Source: a virus | Taxonomy: Duplodnaviria > Caudoviricetes | IMG/VR virus record: IMGVR_UViG_3300042389_000654 | Coordinates: 1-57,917 of that record | Reading direction: 5' to 3' (one strand) | DNA: 57,917 nucleotides | Shown here: piece by piece, positions 33,182 to 43,560 of the stretch | How positions within the stretch are numbered: the stretch's first letter is position 1 | How the letters are laid out: each line of letters starts with the position of its first letter | Made by a program: the position numbers and the translations under genes | Notes under the pieces: model-generated | What the model saw: only the letters and a program-made list of their open reading frames with translations | The model's database searches: none | Told to the model about the DNA's origin: nothing

Positions 33182-34966
33182 TTATATTAGATTAAGTTTA
33201 TCAAGAAAATCTCTAACATCGTTAGGCATTTCCCGATTATCTAATTCTACCATATCTCTTTGCTTTTGTGCAAGTCGTGCACTAGAGCTCCAGGTATGGA
33301 CATCTATCTCTATATTAGTATTCTTTTGTGTATGGGAGATGGCTCCAAATACTGCTCCACATACTGCATCCGCTAAGTCTTTAGATTTTTTGCGTGGGTG
33401 GTCAACCCTGTTACCCTTCATTATTTTTAATTCTGACATTTCTTCAAGAAGTAATGGGATCATAGGAATAGCAACCCGCTCTTCATAAATCATCATAGCT
33501 AAATCTTCATAGTGTTTTTTAGCAACAGATACAGTCTCAGTTCTTATTCCAACTGCTTGTAATTCATTTTGAATATCAAATGACTGCCATCGGTCAAATG
33601 AAACCATACCAAGATTAAAACCCTGTCTACGTAAATTCATAATCCATTGTTTTACTTCTGAAAGATTTACTGGACCTTCTGCTCTTGGCTCCCACCATGC
33701 AACGGCATCAACAACAACAATCGGGGCTACCTGTTCATAATCTTTAATTACTTGAATACTTACCCACTTATCCACATGGGCAATTGCTACAGCACACTTA
33801 TCATGCTTTTGGGCAAGGTCAGCATGAATATAATAAACCTTATCTGGATCTGGTTTAAAAGTTTCATCAAACCTTCTAAATGAATCTAATGGGTTTCTAG
33901 AGTTCATACATTTTTCTAGTTTATCTTTTTGTTTAAAAAATGCATCAGAAGAATAAGTTGGCATACAGGCAAAACGCATCATTGCATCACCAAGGTCTGT
34001 ATAAAAAGCTAACTTAAAGTCTTCTATTTTACGTGTAGGGTTTACTTCCCATGTAGGTCTTTTGAATGCAAATACTCTTGGTATTTTATATTGGAGAATT
34101 GTATCCTCGTCCCACGAAATTTCAAACTGATTTCCTGGATCACTATGAGGTAAATCTTCATTCATTATGAAAGTGTGGGTGCGTTCAATAGTTTCTTTTT
34201 CAGCAATAACTGATTCATACCGCTGGGAAATAAAGTCACCTTGATAGCGTGGGAATGAAAGAAGAACTACTTTGCCTAAGTCAGGAAAACGAGAGTCTAC
34301 TGTTCCACGAAATGCTTTATAAATATTATCTGCAGTTTTACCTTGTTCATTACCTGTTCCAACCTCTGTAGCAAAACCAGAAATTTCATCAAGAACTGCC
34401 ATTAAAAGGTTTAAACCCTCATGAGATTCTCTTTCTGAGTGACCAGAATAAACGGTTATGCCTTTATCAAATTCAACTGAATCTGCTTTTGGATTATACT
34501 TTCCTGCAAACCAAGGTGACTTTTCAACCTTTGTTTTAAATCCTTTAAAAAAAACATTTTTAGCTTGTTGTGCGTTAACTGCAACGTTAATAATATCAAT
34601 AGCATCCCCTGGTGGCTTACCAAAATAAACTGCTGGATCTTTAAGGCATAAAAGTTTATACACTACATATGCACATGCTACTGTTGATATAAAGTCTTTT
34701 CCACTACCCTTGCCAAGTTGAAGAATAAGTTCATTCTTGGTATATTTATTAAAATGATTTACACCTTTTTGTTCTCCCATTAAATCTATAAGATCTTCCT
34801 TACGATAAATTTGGCTCATAGCTTCTACAATTTCATACTGAATGTCAGACAAGATAGGCTGGCCTAAATACTCTGGAGATTGCACAAAGGTTTTTACATC
34901 TACTGGTGTTTCAACAAAATGATTTTCTTTTAAGACATCAAGAAACTCATTGAACATCGTGGACAA
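33182..34966 (-). CDS. terL: terminase large subunit
   Basis: LGKGSGKD Walker A, VLDE Walker B, HADLA...FDRWQS...SKDLADA nuclease domain. Confidence 0.9.
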   Translation of the reverse strand: MSTMFNEFLDVLKENHFVETPVDVKTFVQSPEYLGQPILSDIQYEIVEAMSQIYRKEDLIDLMGEQKGVNHFNKYTKNELILQLGKGSGKDFISTVACAYVVYKLLCLKDPAVYFGKPPGDAIDIINVAVNAQQAKNVFFKGFKTKVEKSPWFAGKYNPKADSVEFDKGITVYSGHSERESHEGLNLLMAVLDEISGFATEVGTGNEQGKTADNIYKAFRGTVDSRFPDLGKVVLLSFPRYQGDFISQRYESVIAEKETIERTHTFIMNEDLPHSDPGNQFEISWDEDTILQYKIPRVFAFKRPTWEVNPTRKIEDFKLAFYTDLGDAMMRFACMPTYSSDAFFKQKDKLEKCMNSRNPLDSFRRFDETFKPDPDKVYYIHADLAQKHDKCAVAIAHVDKWVSIQVIKDYEQVAPIVVVDAVAWWEPRAEGPVNLSEVKQWIMNLRRQGFNLGMVSFDRWQSFDIQNELQAVGIRTETVSVAKKHYEDLAMMIYEERVAIPMIPLLLEEMSELKIMKGNRVDHPRKKSKDLADAVCGAVFGAISHTQKNTNIEIDVHTWSSSARLAQKQRDMVELDNREMPNDVRDFLDKLNLI

Positions 34967-35483
34967 TTGTAATCACTTCGCCTTCTTTTGCAATAGATGA
35001 AAGTCTTTGCATAATTAAATCACGTATTTCTGGATGCTCTGAAGCAACATCACGAAGTATTCCTATTAAAACTTCTTGTCTACGTTCAATCTCAACCATT
35101 TCTTCTGCAAGTTCTTTGTTTTCAAGAAGTCCAGCTTTTTGTAACATTTCAATTCTAGATTTTTCAATATCCATAACAAGCTTAATGGATGCAGTCTTGG
35201 CACTTAGGTTATTGGTTAAACTTGATTCATCCATAACTTCATATGCCTTTGTAATTAACTTTGTATAGTGTGTGTCTGCTCCCACCAATGCTTCTTTAGC
35301 TCGTGCACGAATAGCATCATTAGCAGATGCCATAACCTTCCACTCATTAATAAGTGCTACTACTCTAACTCTTGGAATATCAAGTTCTTTAGAAATAACC
35401 GTTGGGTCATTTCCTTTTAAGTATTCAGAAACAACTTGATTAACTTGATCAAGGTGGCTTATTAAATCAGACTCAGTTGACAT
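34947..35483 (-). CDS. putative terminase small subunit
   Basis: Directly upstream of and overlapping terL; N-terminal HTH-like segment and helical body. Confidence 0.55.
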   Translation of the reverse strand: MSTESDLISHLDQVNQVVSEYLKGNDPTVISKELDIPRVRVVALINEWKVMASANDAIRARAKEALVGADTHYTKLITKAYEVMDESSLTNNLSAKTASIKLVMDIEKSRIEMLQKAGLLENKELAEEMVEIERRQEVLIGILRDVASEHPEIRDLIMQRLSSIAKEGEVITIVHDVQ

Positions 35484-35727
35484 ACTTACCCTCTAGTCTA
35501 TTAATCTCATCTTTAATATAAAATATTGCTTTTTCTAGATCTTGAATTGTTCTTTCTTCATCCTTTAAGCCTGCTCTCCATAAATATTTAAAAGCATTTC
35601 CAATATTAAAATTTCTATGACGAGTAATTTCTAGGCACTCTACACCTGAAGGATCCGTTGTATAGTGTCTTGGATGATTAACTTGATCAACTGTAATTGT
35701 AAGCCTACTATTTGTTTTCTTCATCAT
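35473..35727 (-). CDS. DUF3310 (SaV-like) protein
   Basis: VNHPRHY...GNAFKYLWRAGLK...DLEKAIFY. Confidence 0.85.
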   Translation of the reverse strand: MMKKTNSRLTITVDQVNHPRHYTTDPSGVECLEITRHRNFNIGNAFKYLWRAGLKDEERTIQDLEKAIFYIKDEINRLEGKYVN

Positions 35728-35836
35728 TATCCCAATCAAAAGCTTCTGGCAAACCTTTTAGTGCTGTAAGAACAAAAGTTATTCCTACTGCACCAGCAAT
35801 ACCAATACCAATTAAAATCTTTTGTGCTTTATTCAT
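35708..35836 (-). CDS. small single-TM protein (42 aa)
   Basis: Read by hand: MNKAQKILIGIGIAGAVGITFVL...PEAFDWD. Confidence 0.6.
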   Translation of the reverse strand: MNKAQKILIGIGIAGAVGITFVLTALKGLPEAFDWDNDEENK

Positions 35837-35988
35837 CGTCTACTCTTCCTTAATCCAAATTTTGCAAGATAAACATAGATAGTTTCTATACTTGCCCCGC
35901 ACTCTTTTGCAATTTCTTCAGGAGATTTTTTATCCATAAGATATCTCTTACGTAGCCAAACCTCTGATGTATATAGTTTACCAGCCAT
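35833..35988 (-). CDS. small HTH DNA-binding protein
   Basis: KSPEEIAKECGASIETIYVYL. Confidence 0.7.
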   Translation of the reverse strand: MAGKLYTSEVWLRKRYLMDKKSPEEIAKECGASIETIYVYLAKFGLRKSRR

Positions 35989-35992
35989 AATG

Positions 35993-36637
35993 TTATTTGT
36001 CAACTTCTTTTTCAGAAATATCATAATTAAACCTATTAGAGTTTTCTAAGATCCATTTATCTTGATTCTCAACATCATATTTTTTTTCATTAATTATTCT
36101 ATCAATTAGGTAATCTTTTTCAAGGGTAAAAGATGGCTCATATATACGAACCCTATTGTTAGGTTGAATAGCAAAGTTTCCATCATCTCTTTGTATGACG
36201 TGACCACACTTATGGTCTGCTGGGCTTTCAGAATATCCGTCATCTAAAACATTTGTATCTGGATTATGCCAGTCTAGAGTAAACAAATAGGTTCCTTTAT
36301 TCATTGTTTTTGTTCTATCTATGTAAGACATTCTAAGGTTTGTTAGATTTTCAAACCTTGTTACAGCAATGTGATGACTAAAAGAATTCCATAAAACTAA
36401 ATTATGTAGATCTACTTCAGGAACACCTGGCTCTGTGCAAAAAGCAGAAATTGGAAGTCTCCACCAGAGGCCACCGTCTGGCATCATAATATGAAATAAT
36501 GGGCTTCTAGATTTTAAACTTGAAACGCCAAAGACCACACACTCAAAGTATTTGTCATGGCTATCTTGATGATTACGTAAGTAGTTTCCTCTTACATAGC
36601 AACTTATTGGTGGTATGTTTGCATTTAGCTCTGGCAT
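35993..36637 (-). CDS. conserved hypothetical phage protein
   Basis: LNANIPP...YLFTLDW...HKCGH...GNFAIQPNNR. Confidence 0.8.
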   Translation of the reverse strand: MPELNANIPPISCYVRGNYLRNHQDSHDKYFECVVFGVSSLKSRSPLFHIMMPDGGLWWRLPISAFCTEPGVPEVDLHNLVLWNSFSHHIAVTRFENLTNLRMSYIDRTKTMNKGTYLFTLDWHNPDTNVLDDGYSESPADHKCGHVIQRDDGNFAIQPNNRVRIYEPSFTLEKDYLIDRIINEKKYDVENQDKWILENSNRFNYDISEKEVDK

Positions 36638-36810
36638 TACTGATTACCCTTTTCTATTGTTTTAAGTTTATCCCAAAATCCGCCAGGATTTCCTTGATAA
36701 ATTTGTCCAGTTTCACGATCTATTAAAAGCCACTTTGTTGGTGACAAAGTTTTTACAGTTAAAATGGTATTTTCTTTTTCTTCTTTAAAAATAAAGCTAT
36801 CTCTATCCAT
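36637..36810 (-). CDS. small hypothetical protein (57 aa)
   Basis: Read by hand: TLSPTKWLLIDRETGQIYQGNPGGFWD; fills the gap and is coupled by TAATG. Confidence 0.65.
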   Translation of the reverse strand: MDRDSFIFKEEKENTILTVKTLSPTKWLLIDRETGQIYQGNPGGFWDKLKTIEKGNQ

Positions 36811-37396
36811 TGTTTCCTACTGCCTTATCCCAATTTTTTATTGCCCAATGCCCGATTCCGCAAGCATCTGCAACGTCATTGTCTGTAATAGTTTTATTAT
36901 ACTGAAGGTTTATAAAGTTTACCGTTCTTTGTTTTCTGATTTCTCTTTCGTTTGTTTTATGCCAAGACTCAGATTTGTTTGGATTCTTAGATCTAATAAA
37001 AAGTTTTTCATCTTTAGATATTTTTTTATTACCAATAAAATTTTGCCAAGTAATCGGAGATACTTTGCCCACAATATTTATTCCAGACATTGCAGCAGCA
37101 CCCAAAAGTGCGCCTTGGACTAATGCAAGGTCTGCAGCAGTTTTAGGGCTATTCATAAACACCGTATGCTCAATCACAATAGCATCTACATTTATATATT
37201 TTTGAAAATATGCTGATGTTTTTTTTGCTGCGTCCCCTACCTTAGAGTATATATCTTTACCTTCAAAGATAATCTTACCAACCTCTTTTAACTGCCCATC
37301 ATAAAATGTTGCATAGGCAAGGCTATTTGTGCTAGCATCTATTGCACATATTCTCTCAGGAACATGAGCTCTCCCCGCATTAATTATTTTGTTCAT
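36803..37396 (-). CDS. ruvC: RuvC-like Holliday junction resolvase
   Basis: AIDAST, IVIE, P.TW...G and DVADACGIG. Confidence 0.75.
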   Translation of the reverse strand: MNKIINAGRAHVPERICAIDASTNSLAYATFYDGQLKEVGKIIFEGKDIYSKVGDAAKKTSAYFQKYINVDAIVIEHTVFMNSPKTAADLALVQGALLGAAAMSGINIVGKVSPITWQNFIGNKKISKDEKLFIRSKNPNKSESWHKTNEREIRKQRTVNFINLQYNKTITDNDVADACGIGHWAIKNWDKAVGNNG

Positions 37397-37673
37397 AATC
37401 AATAAATCCTTTAAGTTTTTTTAACATTTTGGCTACTTCTTTTTCACTAACATTACAATTAGAACAAAATCCAGAATCATTATAAATAGATAAGTCTTGG
37501 TTGCATCCACCAAGACACCTTCTTACCTTCCCAATCCTACTTTTTCTACGTTTTGCATTATACTTTTCTGCAAGTTTTTCTTTTGTGGCAGCAGCCCTAC
37601 AATTTTCTCCACAATATATTTGATAGCTTACTTTCGGTTTAAAGTATGCATTGCAGTAATTACAAGGCTTCAC
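37380..37673 (-). CDS. Cys-rich hypothetical protein
   Basis: Multiple CxxC/CxxxC motifs. Confidence 0.7.
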   Translation of the reverse strand: MKPCNYCNAYFKPKVSYQIYCGENCRAAATKEKLAEKYNAKRRKSRIGKVRRCLGGCNQDLSIYNDSGFCSNCNVSEKEVAKMLKKLKGFIDYEQNN

Positions 37674-38493
37674 TCAGTTCCTCCAGAGAAGCAATCTTTA
37701 CTGTTCCCGTGCCTGCCTCTGCACACGCTGCCTTTACTGGGCATGTTTTACATATTTTTGAATTACCACGATAGTTTTTGGTAGGCAAAGTTTGACTAGT
37801 CCAAGCTTTACGGACTTCACGCATCCAATTAAATGCACCATCAACCCATTGACGATAATTGTCATTAACCTGTATGGGAATAATCATAAGGTCATGAGTG
37901 TTTTTATTTTCATAAACTAGAGCGCCTTTAGATTTTCCAAATATTTTCATATAAATAAGTAGTTGAATTAAATGACTAGACTTAGGTTTGTTTGTTCTTT
38001 TTCTGTATTCAAATCCCTCATTCATCATTGTTTTAATTTCACCAAGAATTTCTTCGCCTTCCCAGTTAAGCATTACATCGCCGTAACCAAAAATTGGAGG
38101 ATCATCATAAATTACTTTAAATTCTGTTGTTGTTTCACCTTTATCATTAATATATGGAATACCAACTCCAGAATCAAGCATTGCTTTTTGAATTCTTTCA
38201 TGCCCCATAGTTCCAGAGCTCATGTTAGCAGCGCCGTAAGCATCTGTATAGTCATCAAAGATGGCACCGTTAAATGCTAAAAACCAATATCTTGGGCATT
38301 GTCCATGCTGATAGGCAATTGTTGATGGAGCAAAAGATTTTTTCTTTGTATGCTTTGGTCCTCGTTCTGCAATATATCCAGTCTGGATCTGCTTAACCAT
38401 TTCTTCTGCATTAAAAATTTCATTCTGTTTAGACATTGTTTGTCTTTGTTCTGATTCTTTTAACATAACCTGCTGTAGTAAATTTTTAGTCAT
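37660..38493 (-). CDS. Cas4-like PD-(D/E)XK exonuclease
   Basis: CPRYW, GYGD...EIKT, QLLIY and C..C.....C Fe-S ligands. Confidence 0.8.
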   Translation of the reverse strand: MTKNLLQQVMLKESEQRQTMSKQNEIFNAEEMVKQIQTGYIAERGPKHTKKKSFAPSTIAYQHGQCPRYWFLAFNGAIFDDYTDAYGAANMSSGTMGHERIQKAMLDSGVGIPYINDKGETTTEFKVIYDDPPIFGYGDVMLNWEGEEILGEIKTMMNEGFEYRKRTNKPKSSHLIQLLIYMKIFGKSKGALVYENKNTHDLMIIPIQVNDNYRQWVDGAFNWMREVRKAWTSQTLPTKNYRGNSKICKTCPVKAACAEAGTGTVKIASLEELSEAL

Positions 38494-38524
38494 TTTATCC
38501 CTTTGTTTATATAAGTATAGCAGG

Positions 38525-38839
38525 TTAGCGCATTATATACTTGAGTGCTGACACCAAGTTATTGATAGATTCTGCTGCTGTATAATAAATATTTTTCTTT
38601 GCACGATCATTTTTATCTACATTGGCCATCCATGTAGCCTTAAAAGCCATCTTTGCTGCAATTGCTTGTAGCCTTACAATTTCAATGCTTGCTACTTGTG
38701 CTGGAATATCAGGCTTAATTATTACCTTAGCAATAAAGGTTAGGGCAGTAGTAAGCTCTTCGTCTTTCATATAGTCTGCTATTTCTGTTAAACCATTTAC
38801 CATCTCTAACGTTGTTTTTTGTGGAGCCTCAGTTGTCAT
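38525..38839 (-). CDS. hypothetical protein
   Basis: Helical ORF in the recombination operon. Confidence 0.75.
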   Translation of the reverse strand: MTTEAPQKTTLEMVNGLTEIADYMKDEELTTALTFIAKVIIKPDIPAQVASIEIVRLQAIAAKMAFKATWMANVDKNDRAKKNIYYTAAESINNLVSALKYIMR

Positions 38840-39125
38840 TATTTTCTCTTTCTGTTAATTGTTCTAACATGTCTAACTCTATTATAGCAAGTCTAACTTT
38901 TTGTGTGCCCTCGCCTAAAACAATAACTAGTGCAGGGTCCATGCTTTTTTTTAAAGCATCTGTTACTACCTTAGCCCATACATCCTGATTCAAGGTAAAA
39001 GATTTTGAACACTCTTTAAAGTCTAATACAAAATTATGCCATGAGGCATCTCCTTTAGTATTATTTCTTCCAGAATTTTTATGTTGCTTAGCCCCTATTC
39101 TTTTACTTTCGCTTTTTTCGCTCAT
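38829..39125 (-). CDS. PD-(D/E)XK nuclease, Hjc-like
   Basis: E...GAK...NSGR...KGDA...DFKE. Confidence 0.6.
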   Translation of the reverse strand: MSEKSESKRIGAKQHKNSGRNNTKGDASWHNFVLDFKECSKSFTLNQDVWAKVVTDALKKSMDPALVIVLGEGTQKVRLAIIELDMLEQLTERENNDN

Positions 39126-39288
39126 AATCCTCCTTTGTTGGAGGCAGTAAGTTAACTTTAGATATATGTTTTTCTGGACACATCCAAGTTGTATCACCAG
39201 TTTCCCTCCAATATCTCAAAGAGCCTACTTCAACTCCACATTTCTTACAAGGAAACTTTCCTTCATATACTGTAAACTCTTTAGCCAT
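39103..39288 (-). CDS. zinc-ribbon protein
   Basis: CKKC...WMCPEKH. Confidence 0.6.
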   Translation of the reverse strand: MAKEFTVYEGKFPCKKCGVEVGSLRYWRETGDTTWMCPEKHISKVNLLPPTKEDYERKKRK

Positions 39289-40294
39289 TAGCCAACTTAT
39301 TCTTAAGCTCTTCTTGTAATGACAAGTCTTCCCTAACTCTTGAAACAAAGCCATCTCTACCCTGAACTTTTGTTCCATCATCTAGCTGATACCAAGCGCC
39401 AGTTCTATTAACAATTCCTGCTGCTTCTGCTGTATCCACAAGATCTCCAATAGAATCAATACCAATGTCGTTACCCCTAAAATAAAAATCGTATTCTCCT
39501 GATTGAAATCCTGGAGATGTTTTAGAAAACTGTAACTCCCAACGAATTTTTCTACCAATTTTTTCTTCAATTAATTTATCACCAATTTTTATTTTACCTT
39601 TAATTGCTTGGTTATCTGACTCAGACGAAAATAACTTAATAACTGTTGAAGAATAGAACTTAGTAGCCTGACCACCAGTAGGCTGCTGGCTAGTATACAT
39701 AGCATTAATATTATTACGACTTTGACTAATAAGGACAAACAAAGTTGGCTTAATTTTATTATTTGCATAGTTAATCATTTTCCAAGCATTGGAAAAGTCA
39801 CGAGACTCTGCACCAATTTGTTTTGTATTTTCAAGTTGTTTAAGTTCATCTGAATCCTTTTCAAAGTAAATAGCAGGTAGTAAAGATGTAATTGAATCAA
39901 CAACAACAATGTCAACCCCAGCATGAATAAGGTTGGTCCCAACATCCACCATTTCATTTATTGTCCTAGCCTGTGAGTATATTATTTGAGAAGAATCAAC
40001 CCCTAAGCGCTCTGCCCATTTTGGATCATAAGACATTTCTGCATCAATCCATGCACAAACTTTTCCTTCTTTTTGTGCTAGACCTATCATTTGAAGGCAT
40101 AGAGAAGACTTTGCAGAGGATTTGGAGCCCCAAACAAGAACTTGTCTACCATAAGGCAATCCTCCAGCAAGGGCACGATTTAGCCCAAAGCTGGGAGTTT
40201 TTGCATATTCTATTGGAGGAACCGAATCTCCAACCATAATACTTTTTCTTAACTTGGGGTTAAGAGCTGCTAAAACTTCTTCCATACTAACCAT
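39281..40294 (-). CDS. recA: RecA/UvsX-like recombinase
   Basis: GGLPYGR, variant Walker A GSKSSAKS, WIDAE, IVVVDS, TGGQATKFYSS and GAWY. Confidence 0.88.
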   Translation of the reverse strand: MVSMEEVLAALNPKLRKSIMVGDSVPPIEYAKTPSFGLNRALAGGLPYGRQVLVWGSKSSAKSSLCLQMIGLAQKEGKVCAWIDAEMSYDPKWAERLGVDSSQIIYSQARTINEMVDVGTNLIHAGVDIVVVDSITSLLPAIYFEKDSDELKQLENTKQIGAESRDFSNAWKMINYANNKIKPTLFVLISQSRNNINAMYTSQQPTGGQATKFYSSTVIKLFSSESDNQAIKGKIKIGDKLIEEKIGRKIRWELQFSKTSPGFQSGEYDFYFRGNDIGIDSIGDLVDTAEAAGIVNRTGAWYQLDDGTKVQGRDGFVSRVREDLSLQEELKNKLANG

Positions 40295-43200
40295 TTATAT
40301 CCTCCAGTGTTATTGTTCCATCTTTTGTTTTTCCAAAACTAAACTTATAGGATTTTCCTTCTTCTATTTTCATATATGCTTTTGGGAAGGCTGTTGGAAA
40401 AACTGTTATAGAATGTAAGTCCCTACTTGTATCTGCAAGAGTTAGAGATGCCATTTTCTTACCAGCTTTTGTAACTCTAGGCTTAAAAGATACTACAAAC
40501 ATTTCCTCGTCTTTGTAAGGCAATTGCTTGTATCCTAAAAACTTTACTAAAGCATTATCAGAATTTTTTATTTCATCAACAGGTATTGCAGAAACAATCC
40601 TGTTGTCATTACAAAGAGCCAAGTAAGTGCGACCAGTCTCAATAGTCGTATTTTCATCATCAAATATACCGATACTGCCAGTTTTGTCCAAAATTTCAAC
40701 TCGTGACCACCCTGTTCCTCTTTTAATTAATTTTACCATACCCATAATAATGAAAGATCCCTTTTCTTCAAACTCTTCAATATCTTTAATAAATGCATAG
40801 TAGTGAGATGGAATTGTAATATTAAATTCTGGAAGGTTTAAATATTCATATAGATTTTCTTTAATCTCAGAATCATTTCTTGGATTATCTGGAAATGTTG
40901 CTCCACCAATAACCCTTAAGGCTTGTAGTGCTCTGCTATTAACGCCATTACCTTTTGTAAAAGTAAACTCTTCAAGTTGTTTGTAGGAAGTAAAAGGACG
41001 TGCAGCAATATATTTAGATGCAATGTTGTCAGATATGTATTTAATTCCCGTTAGTCCGAATCTTATTCCTTTGCCCTCAATCTTAAAGTCTGCATCTGAA
41101 TCATTAATATGTGGCAGCTTAATTGAAATACCCATGCGCTTTGCTTCAATTAAATATTCTGTTCTACCGTCTTTATCTTTTTCATTTTTAAGAAGGGCAA
41201 ACATAAACTCTAGTGGATAATAAAACTTTAACCACGCCGTCCAATACGAGAGAGTAGAGTAAGCGACTGCATGGCTCTTGTTAAACGAGTATCCCGCATG
41301 TGCCTCAAAGTCACGCCATAAATCCAAAGCTTCATTAGGACTAATATAGGCAGAAGCGCCACTAATAAAACGATCCTTAAAAATGTCAAATTCTTTAGCA
41401 TCTTTCTTCTTTCCAATAATTTTACGAACTTGATCAGCTTCAGACATAGACATTCCACCTAAGTGAACACATGCTTGCATAACTTGCTCCTGATAAAGGA
41501 CACAGCCATAAGTATCTTGTGTAAATGGTTTCATAATTTGGTGACTATAAGATACATTTTGTTTACCATGTTTACGTGCAATATAGTCTTTACCAATTGT
41601 ATTCATTGCGCCTGGACGAACCAATGCATTTGATGCAGCAAGTTCATTAAGATTTTTTACACCCATTTTAATTAAAAGGTTGGTGTATGGTGTTGCTTCA
41701 CATTGAAATACACCCTTAGTATATCCATCAGAAAGCATTTGATAGACATTAGAATCTTCCATATTAATTGAAAGCAAGTCTATATCTACATAGTGATTTT
41801 CCTTAACCATATTAATAGTATCTTTAATTACCGACAAAGTTTTTAATCCAAGTGCGTCAATCTTAATGAGGCCAATCCGTTCAGCTTCCTCCATGTCAAT
41901 ACCAACGACAGGTATGCGTTCATCAGACCCAGGAGAAGATCTTGTCTCCATCGGAGCAAACCTAAAAATCGGATCTTTGCTAGTGACCACACCAGCAGCG
42001 TGTATGCCAGTGCCACGAATACGACCACGAAGTTTTTCACCATATATCTCCACCTCTGGATATTTTTCACGAAACTCTCTAGTTGATTTTGATGTGCAGA
42101 AATCATCCCAAGTATCTACTAACTTTAAAACTTTGTTTACATCTGCTAAAGGAATATTTAAAACTCTAGAGATATCTCTAACAATTCCTTTTCCTCTAAA
42201 CTGTAAGAATGTTGCAATGGAAGCAACATGTCTGTATTGTCTAACTAAATAATCCTTAACTTCTTCACGACGGTTGTCTTGAATATCTGTATCGATATCT
42301 GGAAAGTCATTACGGTCTGGATTAATAAAACGGAAAAACAATAGTCCATGTTTTATTGGATCAATATCAGTTATGCCAAGTGTGTAACAAACTAAAGAGC
42401 CAGCAGAAGAACCACGGCCAGGTCCTACAAGAATTCCTTCTTTCTTAGCCCAGTTAATCATACTTCTAACAACTAGAAAATAAGAAGCAAACTTTTTATT
42501 TTTAATAATTTCAAGTTCTTCATCTAGCCTGTCTATATATTCCTGATTACCATCAAGTCCTTTTAGCTTCAAACCTTCAATAGCAATGGCTTTAAGTTCT
42601 TTGTCTGGGTCTTTATATTGAACTGGGAGCAGGTTTAATCCATCTTTAAGGTCATAATCTTTAATTTTATCTGTTACTAGTAGGGTATTTGTATACATAT
42701 CTTCTCTAGTTATACCCTGGGATTCCATGGCAAATTTCATTTCATCATATGATAATAAATGAATGTCAAACTTATTGAATGACATCTGTCTATCTGCCCC
42801 GTATAAATAGTCAAGACGCTTCATCATTCCATCTTGCTTTTTTGATTTTTCATATGTAGAAGTTTTTTCTACCTTAGCATGTGAATTCATAAGCAACTTA
42901 AACTCTTGAATTTCTTTTTGTGATTTATCAACATGGTGGCAGTCTGGAGTTACAACAACTTGGACCTTAAACTCATCTGCTAAATCAGATAGCTGTTTAT
43001 TTACTTCTGCTCCATTGTGTGGCATAAGTTCCATATAAAAATCATCTACAAATACTCTCTTAAACCATTCAATATGTTTTTTGGCTTGGGCATATTCATT
43101 ATGCTCAATAGCTTTTGCAATTATTCCGCTAAGACATCCAGATAAAACAATAATGCCTTCACTATACTTTTCTAATGTTTCAAAATCAAAGCGTGGCTTA

Positions 43201-43559
43201 TTAAAGTATCCTTCAGTCCAAGCAATTTCATTAATCTTATTAAGATTTTCTAAACCTTTTTGGTCCTTGGCGAGAAGGATAATGTGAAAATAAACCATGT
43301 CAAGAGGATCAGTGCGTTCTGCCTTTGCTCTCTTGTCAAATCTATCAACACAAAAATATCCTTCTACACCTAGGATAGGCTTTACACCATTTGCTTTTGC
43401 AATTCGATACAGCTCTCGATGCCCAGATAAGGTTCCGTGATCTGTGATAGCCAATGCTGGCATACCAAGTTCAACTGCTCGGTTTATATATTCTTCTGGA
43501 GTAGCAACACCATCAAATAATGAATAGTGTGTATGGACGTGTAAGCCAGTATAGTTCAT
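40287..43559 (-). CDS. dnaE: DNA polymerase III alpha subunit (family C)
   Basis: PHP domain HVHTHYSLFDG/ITDHG; GRGSSAGSLV, PDIDTD, HAAGVV and YSFNKSHA; start MNY at 43559. Confidence 0.95.
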   Translation of the reverse strand: MNYTGLHVHTHYSLFDGVATPEEYINRAVELGMPALAITDHGTLSGHRELYRIAKANGVKPILGVEGYFCVDRFDKRAKAERTDPLDMVYFHIILLAKDQKGLENLNKINEIAWTEGYFNKPRFDFETLEKYSEGIIVLSGCLSGIIAKAIEHNEYAQAKKHIEWFKRVFVDDFYMELMPHNGAEVNKQLSDLADEFKVQVVVTPDCHHVDKSQKEIQEFKLLMNSHAKVEKTSTYEKSKKQDGMMKRLDYLYGADRQMSFNKFDIHLLSYDEMKFAMESQGITREDMYTNTLLVTDKIKDYDLKDGLNLLPVQYKDPDKELKAIAIEGLKLKGLDGNQEYIDRLDEELEIIKNKKFASYFLVVRSMINWAKKEGILVGPGRGSSAGSLVCYTLGITDIDPIKHGLLFFRFINPDRNDFPDIDTDIQDNRREEVKDYLVRQYRHVASIATFLQFRGKGIVRDISRVLNIPLADVNKVLKLVDTWDDFCTSKSTREFREKYPEVEIYGEKLRGRIRGTGIHAAGVVTSKDPIFRFAPMETRSSPGSDERIPVVGIDMEEAERIGLIKIDALGLKTLSVIKDTINMVKENHYVDIDLLSINMEDSNVYQMLSDGYTKGVFQCEATPYTNLLIKMGVKNLNELAASNALVRPGAMNTIGKDYIARKHGKQNVSYSHQIMKPFTQDTYGCVLYQEQVMQACVHLGGMSMSEADQVRKIIGKKKDAKEFDIFKDRFISGASAYISPNEALDLWRDFEAHAGYSFNKSHAVAYSTLSYWTAWLKFYYPLEFMFALLKNEKDKDGRTEYLIEAKRMGISIKLPHINDSDADFKIEGKGIRFGLTGIKYISDNIASKYIAARPFTSYKQLEEFTFTKGNGVNSRALQALRVIGGATFPDNPRNDSEIKENLYEYLNLPEFNITIPSHYYAFIKDIEEFEEKGSFIIMGMVKLIKRGTGWSRVEILDKTGSIGIFDDENTTIETGRTYLALCNDNRIVSAIPVDEIKNSDNALVKFLGYKQLPYKDEEMFVVSFKPRVTKAGKKMASLTLADTSRDLHSITVFPTAFPKAYMKIEEGKSYKFSFGKTKDGTITLEDING

Positions 43560-43560
43560 A

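Noticed and set aside
31947-33488. + strand ORFs at 31947, 32499 and 33048
   Set aside because: Antisense shadows of the codon-biased surface-protein and terminase genes; no recognisable motifs
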